A stretch of 64,000 nucleotides of DNA from Myxococcota bacterium (GTDB taxonomy: Bacteria > Myxococcota_A > UBA796 > UBA2385). The DNA lies in NCBI GenBank assembly GCA_044344255.1, contig JBIJDH010000012.1, forward strand, positions 128,001 through 192,000. The letters run 5' to 3'. Below, one piece after another: positions 18,157 to 27,828 of the stretch; the first letter of the stretch is position 1; each line of letters starts with the position of its first letter. Both the position numbers and the translations under genes were made by a program. A model generated the notes under the pieces. The model had not been told where the DNA came from. It saw only the letters and a program-made list of their open reading frames with translations, and searched no databases.

Positions 18157-18591
18157 TCAGGCGGCGGCGGCGCTCATCGTCTCGACGGCCTCGCGGACCG
18201 CGGCCTCCTCCCAGGGCACCCAGCGGTCGGCGAGGGCGCGCAGGGAGGGGTCGAGGGCCTCGGCCCCTGCGGTCCCCTCGGGCAGCAAGCCGAGGATGGG
18301 GAGGCCGAGCCCGCGGGCGATCTGCAGGGCGTGGCCCACCCAGGTGGTGCCGCGCTTGGAGCCCGAGTAGACGCCGGGCAGCAGGAGCACCATCGCCGCT
18401 CCGCGCACCTGCTCCTCTGTCTGGACCCGGACGATGGCCGCGCCCCGCTCGCTCGTGAGCTGGAGGATGGGGTCAAACCAGGGCGTGCCGAAGTTGCGCC
18501 AGCGCAGCCCGTACACAGCGTCCAGCAGGGCGAGGGCCCGGCTGCGCTCGGCGCACTCTCGCCAGTCGTGCGTGACGTAGATGTCCTTCAT
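18157..18591 (-). CDS. TIR-like protein (MTH538/ThsB-like) lacking the catalytic Glu
   Basis: 'IYVTHDW...WRNFGTPWFDP...QVRGAAMVLLLPGVY...WVGHALQIA...LPILGL...ADRWVPW' is colinear with the family pattern; GAGGG RBS. Confidence 0.65.
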   Translation of the reverse strand: MKDIYVTHDWRECAERSRALALLDAVYGLRWRNFGTPWFDPILQLTSERGAAIVRVQTEEQVRGAAMVLLLPGVYSGSKRGTTWVGHALQIARGLGLPILGLLPEGTAGAEALDPSLRALADRWVPWEEAAVREAVETMSAAAA

Positions 18592-18602
18592 CGGCCCTCG
18601 CT

Positions 18603-18630
18603 CCCGCTCTGTGAAGACCCGCTCTGTGAA
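18603..18630 (+). repeat. 13-bp direct repeat (CCCGCTCTGTGAA x2)
   Basis: Copies at 18603-18615 and 18618-18630, between the radical SAM and TIR-like genes. Confidence 0.8.
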
Positions 18631-18642
18631 TTTGGACCCAAT

Positions 18643-20901
18643 TCAGACGGCGCCGTTCGCGCTGAGATCGGCGTAGCCCACGCCCATGTTGTCGAGCTGC
18701 CGCCGAAGCTCGACGGAAGACTGGAAGGCGAGGCGCATCGAGCCGTTCTTCACGAGCAGGCTGCCCCCGAAGCGGGGCGCAGGTGGCGGCGGGCGCTTGT
18801 AGCCCGCATCTCGAATGTCCCAGGTCGAAAGCGAAACATCGTCATCCACCAGCCACTCCCTATAGTCCAGGTGCCCGCCCCCGGCGATGGCGTCGGCGAG
18901 GTTGGTGTGCGCCTCCGAACCCACGATAATGCCGGCCGCCGTCAGCCCGCTGATCATGCGGGAGAGCCGCTTCACCCGCACACCGCGGTCGATGTAGGGC
19001 TCGGTGCTGTACCAGAGGCGAGAGGGAATGCCAAAGTAGTACCGCTTGTACAGCTTCTCCTTGTCGCCATAGAAGTGGATGTTGTGCTTCTCCGGCTGGA
19101 ACCAGTACACGCTGTTCTGAACGAGCAGACAGGGGTTGATGTTGTTCACGAGGGGGAAACAGTCCCGGTTCTGCGAGAGCAGCTGGATGGTGTCATCGAC
19201 GTCCTGCTCCGTCTCCCCGGGGATCCCCATGACGATGTTGATCCAGGGCTGAATCCCCGCCTCCGCGCAGTCCCGGTGATTCTTCAGCAGCGTCTCGATC
19301 GTGTAGCCCTTCGCCTGACGCCGGATGGTGTTCTCGGTGAAGGCGTCCGCCCCGAAATTCAGGTAGGACATACCAGCGGCCTTCATCAGCTTGAAGAAGT
19401 CGACGTCATAGTTCTTGTTCAGGCGAATCTGTCCGCCAAAGGTGACCTTCAGGTTGCGGCGGACGATCTCCTCGCAGAGCTGGTGGAGCACCTCCGGCTG
19501 ACCACCAAAGTCACTGTCCGAAGCGGAGAAGTTACCGCCGCGCCCGGTGGCCATGATGGCCTCCATCTCGTCCACATACTGGATCGGGCTCCGGGTTCGG
19601 AAGGCGAAGCGCTCGGCGCAGAAGGAGCAGCGGGACCAGACGCAGCCGCGGGTCAAGGGGATGGCGGTGGAGCGGCCCCCCCAGTAGGTCTGGTAGATCT
19701 GGTTGAAGTCCTCCCAGACGTCGAGGGCGACGCCGCCGAGGGCGTCGAGGTTGTGGGGCTGCGGGCCGGGGAGGAAGGGGCGCTTCGGGTCATCGTAGAC
19801 GGAGATGACCCCGGGAACGTTCCCCGGGCGCTCCCCGCGGGCGAGGCGCTCGGCGAGCGGGCCCACGACGCTGTCGGCCTCGCCGATGACCATGTAGTCA
19901 TGTTCGGGGAAGGCGCCGCGGCCGAAGGGCTCGGAGTAGCAGCTGTGCCCACCGACGAGGATGACCGTCTCGGGGAGGATGACCTTGAGCCGCCGCGCGA
20001 GGTGCCGCGTGATCCACTCGTTTCGCGCGTGCACCGACATCGCCACGATCTTCGGCCGCGCCCCGACGATGGCCGCGATGAGCTCCTCAATCTGCTCCTC
20101 GAAGTGGGCGACGATGAAGGGCCACTGCCGGGGATCGACCCAGATGCGCTCGTTGTAGCCCCAGGCCTCGGCCGACACCTTGACCCCGTTCGCCATCACG
20201 GGCTCACAGCCGAGGTCGAGCAGGCGAGACATCTGGAAGCGGTGGTACCAGATGGGGTCGAGGTCCATCGACTGGAAGTTCAGAGAGGAGCGCTTGAGGG
20301 CCGAATGTACGTAAGAGAAGCCCACCGAGATCTGCTGACCGGCGCGCGCAGGGAGGTCGAGCAGAAGGAGGTCGAGCCCCGGGCGCACCTCGAGCTCCGG
20401 CAGCACCATCGGGTAGATGCTGGCCTCGGAGCGGATCATCCCGTAGGGTTCATCCCCGGGGAGCTCGTCGGCGATGATGTCGGGGGCGAACACCTTCAAC
20501 CAACGGGGGATCTGGGAGCGGACCCGGAAGGTGGGCTCGGCCAGGGTGTGCGCGATGAAGATCGTCGAGACCTCGATCGGCAGCGCGGAGAGCGACGAGA
20601 CGACGGGGATGCCCCGATGCTCCCCCGCCTGGGAGGCCGGATCAACGATGACCTGAATCGCGGCCGCCGCCTCCGGCGCGTGGTCGAGCAGGAAGTCGAG
20701 GAAGGGGCCCTGGCGGAAGGCCGCGAGCTGGCCGCCGGCCCGCTGGAGGTGCGCCACGAGCCGACGCAAGGCCGCGAGCTCCTTCTCCTCCCCGGTCATC
20801 GGGAAGCAGCGCGCCGCGCTGAAGCGGAGGACGTCCGCCTCGGCCCGGTAGACGAGCTCACCCTGGTTGTTCCGGAAGTCGATCGCCTGTTTGATGCTCA
20901 T
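18643..20901 (-). CDS. Cobalamin-binding radical SAM enzyme with an extra N-terminal Rossmann-like domain
   Basis: B12-binding region 'ILVGGH...DYMVIGEAD'; 'TRGCVWSRCSFC'; 'MGIPGETEQD'. Confidence 0.85.
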   Translation of the reverse strand: MSIKQAIDFRNNQGELVYRAEADVLRFSAARCFPMTGEEKELAALRRLVAHLQRAGGQLAAFRQGPFLDFLLDHAPEAAAAIQVIVDPASQAGEHRGIPVVSSLSALPIEVSTIFIAHTLAEPTFRVRSQIPRWLKVFAPDIIADELPGDEPYGMIRSEASIYPMVLPELEVRPGLDLLLLDLPARAGQQISVGFSYVHSALKRSSLNFQSMDLDPIWYHRFQMSRLLDLGCEPVMANGVKVSAEAWGYNERIWVDPRQWPFIVAHFEEQIEELIAAIVGARPKIVAMSVHARNEWITRHLARRLKVILPETVILVGGHSCYSEPFGRGAFPEHDYMVIGEADSVVGPLAERLARGERPGNVPGVISVYDDPKRPFLPGPQPHNLDALGGVALDVWEDFNQIYQTYWGGRSTAIPLTRGCVWSRCSFCAERFAFRTRSPIQYVDEMEAIMATGRGGNFSASDSDFGGQPEVLHQLCEEIVRRNLKVTFGGQIRLNKNYDVDFFKLMKAAGMSYLNFGADAFTENTIRRQAKGYTIETLLKNHRDCAEAGIQPWINIVMGIPGETEQDVDDTIQLLSQNRDCFPLVNNINPCLLVQNSVYWFQPEKHNIHFYGDKEKLYKRYYFGIPSRLWYSTEPYIDRGVRVKRLSRMISGLTAAGIIVGSEAHTNLADAIAGGGHLDYREWLVDDDVSLSTWDIRDAGYKRPPPPAPRFGGSLLVKNGSMRLAFQSSVELRRQLDNMGVGYADLSANGAV

Positions 20902-20948
20902 GGGTCGCTCGGCGGTCCGTGGGTGATGCCCTGGGAGGGCTGACGCTC

Positions 20949-20976
20949 AAACTATCAAGGGGGTCGAGGGGGTCAA
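20949..20976 (-). promoter_or_regulatory. Candidate sigma70 promoter for the radical SAM gene
   Basis: TTGACC-N16-TAGTTT with an extended TG, about 50 bp upstream of the ATG at 20901. Confidence 0.4.
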
Positions 20977-20998
20977 GGGCCGACCGACCGCGACCTCC

Positions 20999-21712
20999 TC
21001 AGCCCGTGAAGTAGCGTCCGCCGCCCTTGATCACCCACCAGAATCCGTGGTCCATCGAGACGCTCCCGAGCTCCTCGTGGACCGCCAGCATCACGCCAGG
21101 GTGGAACTCGTGGGGAGGCCGCAAGAAGTCTCGGTCCAAGTGTCGCCGCGCGAGCTCCAAGAGCTCCGGGCTCGGCAGCTTCTCCAGGTCATCGCCGCAG
21201 ATCATCGCCAGATCATTTCGCGCGAGGCGCTTCGCCTCCCGGAGGTTGCTCACCACAGAGCTGTACTTGTGGTCTCCATCAATGTAGATGAAGTCAAAGA
21301 TCCCTGTGCGAAGGCGCTCCAGCACCCGCTCCGAGTCGCCGCGGATGATGTCTACCGACACCCTACCCGGATAGGCGGTCTCGAACCTCCGCACCGCCAA
21401 GAAGGTAGCCAGGAAGGCCTCGGAGGCCTGGCCGTCCATCGCGGCGTAGTCCCACTCCCGGTCCTCCAGGCGATCGGCGGAGCTGGCGTAAGGCCGCCAT
21501 GCGTCCACGAGCGTCAGGGTGGAGCCAGGGTGCAGGTTCTCCAGCCAGACCCGGGTGGAGCCCTCGCCGAACCAAGAGCCCACCTCGAGCGCGTGGATCG
21601 GCCTCTTGAAGGTCCGTATGGCCTGCTCCATCACCCGGCGGCGATGGGGGTGGATCTGATTCGTGGGGATCGGCGGCAAGGGTTCGGGCGCCTCGCGCTC
21701 AGAATTCTTCAT
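20999..21712 (-). CDS. Class I SAM-dependent methyltransferase (Methyltransf_24-like)
   Basis: LEVGSWFGEGS, LVDAW, IRGDS, FDFIYIDGDH, ICGDD. Confidence 0.85.
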   Translation of the reverse strand: MKNSEREAPEPLPPIPTNQIHPHRRRVMEQAIRTFKRPIHALEVGSWFGEGSTRVWLENLHPGSTLTLVDAWRPYASSADRLEDREWDYAAMDGQASEAFLATFLAVRRFETAYPGRVSVDIIRGDSERVLERLRTGIFDFIYIDGDHKYSSVVSNLREAKRLARNDLAMICGDDLEKLPSPELLELARRHLDRDFLRPPHEFHPGVMLAVHEELGSVSMDHGFWWVIKGGGRYFTG

Positions 21713-22382
21713 ACGCGCCCCGAACCTCGGAGAATTCACCCTCTTTGCTGTCAGCCCACCCGAGCACGATGTACTGCTCCAAGGGACAGTGCTGCTCGAC
21801 GGTGTTCAAGAAGTGGAAGTGGCGGAAGGTCTCATTCCGCAACAACAGCCGGTTGGAGCGTGGGAAGATGGGCTCTGCGACATCCTCTTCTCGCACGTAG
21901 GTGAGGATCCCGCCGTAGTCCCAGCTCCACCCGCCGTTGATGAAGAGGCTGTAGCCGACGACGCCGGCGTAGCCGTCCTGATGCGCTCGGTAGACATCCC
22001 CTCCCCTCACCCGAGCGGCGCCCGGGAAGAGCGAGAAGCGCGCCAGCCCCTCGGTGGCCTGCTTCATCATCGGGGCGAGGTGGCCGTGGAAGACCTCTTG
22101 GAGGCTCGCGAGCTCCCGCTGGCGCTGGATGAGCGAGAACTTGGCGATGTAGGGCTCGTCGGCCCCCGGGAGGTTCTTCAAGCCCGAGGCGAAGACGTGC
22201 TCGTAATGCTGCGGCCGGACCTGGTAGTGGATCTGCGACTGGCCACGACGGAGCTCGTCGAGCAGGCGGTCATGCAGGTCGAGGGGCAGAAAGTCGTCGA
22301 TGATGATGTAGCCATGCGAATTGAGCCGCGCCTTCTGCGCATCCGTCAGCTCAATCCGGGTCCGAGGGTAGGTCTCCTTCAT
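21699..22382 (-). CDS. 2OG-Fe(II) oxygenase (prolyl-hydroxylase-like)
   Basis: 'YRAHQD' (HxD), 'WSWDYGG', 'PRSNRLLL', distal His in 'HFH'; GGAG RBS before the ATG at 22382. Confidence 0.75.
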   Translation of the reverse strand: MKETYPRTRIELTDAQKARLNSHGYIIIDDFLPLDLHDRLLDELRRGQSQIHYQVRPQHYEHVFASGLKNLPGADEPYIAKFSLIQRQRELASLQEVFHGHLAPMMKQATEGLARFSLFPGAARVRGGDVYRAHQDGYAGVVGYSLFINGGWSWDYGGILTYVREEDVAEPIFPRSNRLLLRNETFRHFHFLNTVEQHCPLEQYIVLGWADSKEGEFSEVRGAYEEF

Positions 22383-22386
22383 GGGC

Positions 22387-23133
22387 TCACTCCACCACGA
22401 GGTAGGAAGTACGGGCGCTGTAGCGGTAGCGACGCACCGCGAACCGACCGAGGCCAAAGACCTCTCGGAGGGCGACCGTCTCGCCGGGCGTCGTCTCGTC
22501 GTTGATCTCGTCGAAGCCGATCACCGTGCCCTTCGTGATGAAGGGCTCGATCGCCTCGAGGCAGCGCTTCGTCGGCTCGTAGAGGTCAAAGTCGAAGTAA
22601 GCCAACGCGATGATGGTCTGGGGGTTGCGCTCCAGGTAGGCCGGGAAGCCCTGGACCGCGTCTCCGGCGATCACCTCGTGTCGCCGGAGGTGGCTCATCG
22701 GGCTCTCCGCCTCCTGCAGCGCCAGCACCTCTCGCAGATGCGCCTCGTACGCGGGGGCCGTGCCGTAGTCCCCAGCCTCGACCCTGTCGCCGTCCTCGGG
22801 GGTCACGCCCACGAAGCCGTCAAAGGTGTCGAAGCCCACCACCTTCCGCAGGCGGTTGAATGGCTCGTAGATGCCCCGCATCGAGGTGAACAGGGACAGG
22901 TTCTGCCCCCACCGGCAGCCGAACTCAACCACGATGCCCTGGGTGTCCAGGATCTGTCGGTAGAGGAAGTCCATGAACAAGACACGAGACAAGGTCTGCG
23001 GCGTCAGGTACAGGCCGACGTTGAGCATCAGCTCACGGTCGGGGATGGGCGAAGACCGGAGGAGCGTCGCGAGTCGGTCACGGCGGTCCGCCTGATCTTC
23101 CGGGCCAAAGGTCATCATCTTGGGGGGTGTCAT
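22387..23133 (-). CDS. TylF/MycF-family O-methyltransferase-like protein
   Basis: 'VEFGCRWG', 'GFDTFDGF', 'YFDFDLYEPT', 'GFDE'. The start is uncertain (ORF open to 23232). Confidence 0.75.
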   Translation of the reverse strand: MTPPKMMTFGPEDQADRRDRLATLLRSSPIPDRELMLNVGLYLTPQTLSRVLFMDFLYRQILDTQGIVVEFGCRWGQNLSLFTSMRGIYEPFNRLRKVVGFDTFDGFVGVTPEDGDRVEAGDYGTAPAYEAHLREVLALQEAESPMSHLRRHEVIAGDAVQGFPAYLERNPQTIIALAYFDFDLYEPTKRCLEAIEPFITKGTVIGFDEINDETTPGETVALREVFGLGRFAVRRYRYSARTSYLVVE

Positions 23134-23140
23134 CGGGGGT

Positions 23141-25330
23141 TCAGCCGCGGAGGAGCCGTCTGTTGGGACGGTTGTTGGTGAAGTGAGGCTCCTGGCGGCT
23201 CCAGGCCGTGAGGAGGACTCGAACGTCTGCACGCAAGGTGCCGCCCTCCGGGATCCGGTCGAGCACCACCATGTCCCGGAGCCGCTTGACGACGAGATCG
23301 AGCAAGGTGGAGCGATGGAGGCTGAGGAAGAGCGTCACCGCCTCGGCCCACCCGGCGGAGGAGGTGCCCTCCGCGAGGGCCAAGGCGAGGCTGTAGGTGT
23401 AGCCCGCGAAGGCGGGATCGAGGCGCACCGCCTCCCGAAGGTGGGAGACCTCACCCGAACAAACGCCCACATAGTGGTGGATCGAGGCGAGGAGCAGGCT
23501 GACTCGCTCGTCTGTCCGCTCCACTCCCCCCATGAACTCGCCCACGAGGAGGTCCTGATAGCTACGGTAATTGAAGAAGTCGGGGAAGATGTCCCAGGAA
23601 TAGACATCATCCTCTCGGCTCAACCTCCAGCGCGCGCGGGGGACGTCGAGGATCGCCCGCGCCCGCGCGAGCGCGGCCGCCGGCTGGTCGCCGAGCCCCA
23701 GGTGCAGCCCGACGCGGACGTAGTTGAAGGCGAGGATGAGGCTGTCCGAGAAGAGGCTCTGGGCGTTCGCCAGGTCCCGAATCACTGGATCGAGGAGCTC
23801 GCGGGCCCAGGGCTGACTGAGGTTCGCCTCGTACACCGCCTCCGTGAGGCTGTCGGAGAACTGCTGTTGGCTACCGCTCACAGCGGAGGCCACACAGAGC
23901 ACGATCTCCCGACAGCAGCCGTTCAGCCAGCGCGGGTCGCGCCGGGAGCGATACAGAGCGGACTCCCGCCGATAGGACTCCAGCGCCCAAGCGAGGCGCA
24001 CCTTGTGGCCCCCCGGCAGAAGCCAGCCGAGCGACATCACCGGCCGCTCCTGGATGTAAGCCGAGGTGTCCCGCCCCACCCGGCGCCTGCCGGGTCGTGA
24101 CGCGACAAAGGTCAAGAATCGAAAGAGCTGAGAGGCGACCGTGGGCAGAGAGAACTCTTCGCAGACCCGCCGCGCGCCCCAGGCCGCCCGCGGGCGGACC
24201 TCTGGCCAGCGGTCCACCATGTCCTGGAGCACCGGGAGGAGGCCGCTCGGGCCCTCGGCGTCATAGGGGTGAACGCCGTCCTCCTCACCATAATAAAAGC
24301 GGAGCACGCTGTCCCGCTGCACGGCCACCGCACAGCCTGCGGCGAGGGTCTCGAGGCCACGGGTGACGGTGCCGCCGCCGCGCCGATAGAAGGAGAACCC
24401 GACCTTGGACGTCGCCAGACAGAGCTGGTAAATATCAGCGGCCGCCCACCCGTTGCTCACCGTCAAGGTGAGCTCGTCGCTGAGCAGGATGTCCGCGATC
24501 AAGGCTGCCTTGTCGGGGTGCCAGTGTTGAAACAGCGTACCCGTGACGGCGCAGTCTACCGTCCGGGGGAGCGCGTCCACGGCGTATCGGGGCGGCTCAA
24601 CGCCGAAGGTCTTCGGGAAGGTGGAAACCGGGCAGCCCACCATGGGCTGCACGTCACTCCACTCGGTATGGTCGGTCACGATCAGCTCATCGAAGAGCTG
24701 GAGCCAGGGGTGGACGACTTGGACGTGGACGTCACAGTCGGCCGTCTGTCCAAGGATGGGGCAGTTGAGGGACTGGATGTCGGGCGGGATGAGGTGCCAC
24801 TCCACCATCTGACAGAAGTAGAAGTCAGGCGGGGATCCGCGCCGCGCAAACTCCCAGATGCTGGCGTAGGGGTGATTGGGCAGGTCTGTCGCCCCCGGGC
24901 CAATGTTCTTCACCGAGAAGCGGCTGTCCCTGGCGATGTGCTGGAGCAGAGCCTGCGGACCGTTCACCGACCACGGCATCTGCACGAGCACCTCGATCAC
25001 CGGCTTCCGGATGAGGTCGAGCAGTCGCCGCGCGTGCGGCAGGCTGAGCGGGGCGAGGCGAGCCTCCGCCGCGCTGTCGAGGCCGCGGATCCAGAGCGCG
25101 ACCGCCTCATAAAAGCGGGGTTCCTCGCCTTGGAATCGGGCGAGCCCGAGCAGGGCCTCTTCGGTGAGGCCCATCAGGCCCCGGGCCGCGAAACGACGCC
25201 AGTCACCGTACTCGGCCTGATCGGCGACGTAGGTATAGTCCCCGCGCTCGAAGGCCTCGGCCACCCCGAGGCCCGGCACCGCAGGATAGAGCCTCTCCTG
25301 CCTCGTCTGTTCGGATCTCGCTTCAGTCAC
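23141..25330 (-). CDS. Large putative glycosyltransferase (GT-B-like) with helical repeats
   Basis: 'TRGLETLAAGCAVAV' resembles a GT-B donor-binding motif; GGAGAG RBS before the GTG at 25330 (ORF open to 25390). Confidence 0.55.
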   Translation of the reverse strand: MTEARSEQTRQERLYPAVPGLGVAEAFERGDYTYVADQAEYGDWRRFAARGLMGLTEEALLGLARFQGEEPRFYEAVALWIRGLDSAAEARLAPLSLPHARRLLDLIRKPVIEVLVQMPWSVNGPQALLQHIARDSRFSVKNIGPGATDLPNHPYASIWEFARRGSPPDFYFCQMVEWHLIPPDIQSLNCPILGQTADCDVHVQVVHPWLQLFDELIVTDHTEWSDVQPMVGCPVSTFPKTFGVEPPRYAVDALPRTVDCAVTGTLFQHWHPDKAALIADILLSDELTLTVSNGWAAADIYQLCLATSKVGFSFYRRGGGTVTRGLETLAAGCAVAVQRDSVLRFYYGEEDGVHPYDAEGPSGLLPVLQDMVDRWPEVRPRAAWGARRVCEEFSLPTVASQLFRFLTFVASRPGRRRVGRDTSAYIQERPVMSLGWLLPGGHKVRLAWALESYRRESALYRSRRDPRWLNGCCREIVLCVASAVSGSQQQFSDSLTEAVYEANLSQPWARELLDPVIRDLANAQSLFSDSLILAFNYVRVGLHLGLGDQPAAALARARAILDVPRARWRLSREDDVYSWDIFPDFFNYRSYQDLLVGEFMGGVERTDERVSLLLASIHHYVGVCSGEVSHLREAVRLDPAFAGYTYSLALALAEGTSSAGWAEAVTLFLSLHRSTLLDLVVKRLRDMVVLDRIPEGGTLRADVRVLLTAWSRQEPHFTNNRPNRRLLRG

Positions 25331-25386
25331 GTCATTCTCTCCATCGACCGCGGACTGGCCGGGAGCCGAGCATAGCAAGCCCCGCG

Positions 25387-26856
25387 TCAAGTCTCCAGCA
25401 AGCGACGCCGAAGCTTGTTCTTGGAGATGTCGACGACATGATCGCGCACAGGTCGTCCGAATCGAGACTCCACCATGTCGAGGTACCGATCACTGGAGAA
25501 GTAGGCGTGGAAGGCCTCGTCGCGGAATTGCACCACCTGCTTCGCGCTGAGCGCGTGTGTGGGGAGCGGCTGCATGTCGTAGCCGTGCTGCGAGAAGGCG
25601 GCCCAGGTGGAGGGCAGCTCCCAACCCTCTCTCTGGGCGTCGGTGTAGAGCGGGGAGCCCGGGTAGGCCATCGCGCAGTAGAAGTTGGCGAACTCGCAGT
25701 TGAGCTCGACGGCCATGTCGAGGGTCTCCTGCATGGTCTCGAGCGTGTCGTCGGGCAGCCCGAAGATGTAGTTGCCGATGACCCGGATGCCGGCGGCCTG
25801 GATCTGCTCGACCACGCGGCCGATGTCCTTGACCCGCATCGCCTTCGAGGCGCCCTCCCGCACGTCGGGGTTGGCCGACTCGATGCCGAGGGCGAGCCAG
25901 GTGATGCCGGCCTTCCGCATGCGTTCGAGGTTCTGGGGCTTCACGGTGTCGACCCGGGCGTAGGCCCAGATGTTCAAGTCGTAGCCGCGCTCGATCAGCC
26001 CCTCGACGATGCCCATGTAGTGGCGCTCGTCGAGGACGAACATCTCGTCGATGAACTTGATGTTCTTGACGCCGTAGGTCTCGACCAGGAAGCCGATCTC
26101 GTCGACGACCGCGGCCGGGCTGCGGTAGCGGATGCCCCGCTTACCAAAGAGCGCGTTGATGCAGCAGAACACGCAGCCGTAGGGGCAGCCCAGGCTCGTG
26201 TAGATAGCGGCGTAGGGCTGGCGCTCGGTGATGTGATCGAAGCAGTGCCAATTGTGCGCGCGGTACCGCTCCATCGGCAGGAGGTCCCAGGCGGCGCGGG
26301 GGAGCAGCTCATCGAGGGACTTGAGCAGCGGCGCGGGGGCGGTGCTGCGAAGGCCCTCACCCTCCCAGTACCAGAGGCCGGGGACCTGATCGAGGGCGCC
26401 GCCGTCACGGAGGGCGGCGACGAGCGCCTTCAAGGTGAAGGGCCCCTCGCCGGCGATGAGGTAATCGACCGCCTCCTCGCGGATCGTGCGCTCGGGGAGC
26501 GCGGTGGGGTGCAGGCCGCCGATGGCCACCTTGCAGGCGCCCGTGCGATGGATGGCCGCGCAGATCCGGCCGGCCGCCGACATCGTCTGCGTCGAGGCGG
26601 AGGGCTGGTTGCCATACACGATGACCGCCGCGAGGCGCGGGGAGAGGGCCGCCACCGCCGCCGCGGTCTCCTCGGCCGAGTAGTTGAGGGCGTTGGCGTC
26701 GATGATGGCCACCGACACGCCCTCCTTACGCAGGAAGCCCGCGAGGGCGGCCGACCAATAAGGGGGCTCCACCGCCGCGACGTCGGCGCCGAGACCCTGG
26801 TAGATCTCTCGCTTGTCCCCTGGGTTCACGAGGACGAGATCGATCGGACTGCCCAT
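25387..26856 (-). CDS. Cobalamin-binding radical SAM enzyme (class B methylase-like)
   Basis: 'IGGLHPTALP', 'GEGP', 'TSLGCPYGCVFC', 'LGIES', 'IFGLPDDT', 'AYPGSPLY'. Confidence 0.9.
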   Translation of the reverse strand: MGSPIDLVLVNPGDKREIYQGLGADVAAVEPPYWSAALAGFLRKEGVSVAIIDANALNYSAEETAAAVAALSPRLAAVIVYGNQPSASTQTMSAAGRICAAIHRTGACKVAIGGLHPTALPERTIREEAVDYLIAGEGPFTLKALVAALRDGGALDQVPGLWYWEGEGLRSTAPAPLLKSLDELLPRAAWDLLPMERYRAHNWHCFDHITERQPYAAIYTSLGCPYGCVFCCINALFGKRGIRYRSPAAVVDEIGFLVETYGVKNIKFIDEMFVLDERHYMGIVEGLIERGYDLNIWAYARVDTVKPQNLERMRKAGITWLALGIESANPDVREGASKAMRVKDIGRVVEQIQAAGIRVIGNYIFGLPDDTLETMQETLDMAVELNCEFANFYCAMAYPGSPLYTDAQREGWELPSTWAAFSQHGYDMQPLPTHALSAKQVVQFRDEAFHAYFSSDRYLDMVESRFGRPVRDHVVDISKNKLRRRLLET

Positions 26857-26865
26857 GAGGATCCC

Positions 26866-27828
26866 TCAAGCCGTCTGGCTGAGCGCTCGGGTGATGGTGG
26901 CCACGTCCATCCCGTACTCGCGGTGCAGGCGGTTGCGATCGCCGTTGCCGAGGAAGTAGCGGTCGGAGAGCCCGTACCGCAGCAGGCGGGCGGGGATGCC
27001 GTGGTCGACGAGCAGGTCGCCGACGATGTTGTCGAGGCCTCCGCGACGCGAGAAGGCCTCCTGGATGACCACCACCCGCTGGTAAGGGGCCAGGGCGCGG
27101 GCGAGGGCGGCCTCGTCGAAGCGCTTGAGGAGGAAGAGGTCAACGTGGCCGACGGCGGTGCCCTGCTGCGCGAGGTCAGCCCGGATGCGCTCGCCCATGT
27201 GGGTCGCGTAGCCGGTGGTCACGAGGCAGGTGTCACTGCCGGTGGCGCGGACCGCGAAGCCGAGGCTGAAGTCGAGCGCGTCTGCGCCGGCGTAGAGGGC
27301 GGGGATCGGCTTGCCCTCGAGGCGGAAATATTTGGCGCCGCTGGTCGACATCGCCGTCTCGAGGAAGGCGTCGGCGGTGACCCAGTCCGCGGGGCTGAAG
27401 AGGTCTACGTTCGGCAACAGCCGGAGGAGCGGGATGTCTTCGGGGCAATGGTGGGTCGGCCCCGACACGTCGTAGGAGAAGCCGGCGCCGATCGACAGGA
27501 TGTTGACGTTCAGGCTCCGCGTCTCGGAGAGCAGCGCGATGGTGGTGCGGAGCTGCTCGAAGCAGCGCATGCTCACGAAGGGCGCGATGCCATAGGCGAA
27601 GACGACGTTGCCCTCGAGGGCGAGGCCCGTCGCGACGTTGATCATGTTCTGTTCGGCGATGCCGACGTTGATGCAGCGCCCGGGGAAGTTGTCGCGCATG
27701 GCGTCGAGGGCCGGCGCGCCGAGATCGGCGGTGAGGAAGTAGACCCGAGGGTCCTCCTTCATCTTGGCGGCGATGCGCGCGATGAGCACGTCGCGCATCG
27801 TGCGGGGCGGGAGCGAGAGGGCGGTCAT
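26866..27828 (-). CDS. Transketolase C-terminal subunit (split transketolase)
   Basis: LTADLG, NVGIAEQNM, GPTHH, C-terminal domain. Confidence 0.9.
   Translation of the reverse strand: MTALSLPPRTMRDVLIARIAAKMKEDPRVYFLTADLGAPALDAMRDNFPGRCINVGIAEQNMINVATGLALEGNVVFAYGIAPFVSMRCFEQLRTTIALLSETRSLNVNILSIGAGFSYDVSGPTHHCPEDIPLLRLLPNVDLFSPADWVTADAFLETAMSTSGAKYFRLEGKPIPALYAGADALDFSLGFAVRATGSDTCLVTTGYATHMGERIRADLAQQGTAVGHVDLFLLKRFDEAALARALAPYQRVVVIQEAFSRRGGLDNIVGDLLVDHGIPARLLRYGLSDRYFLGNGDRNRLHREYGMDVATITRALSQTA

Noticed and set aside
18157..18591. Complete Thoeris defence system
   Set aside because: No ThsA-type effector in the window, and the catalytic Glu appears absent.
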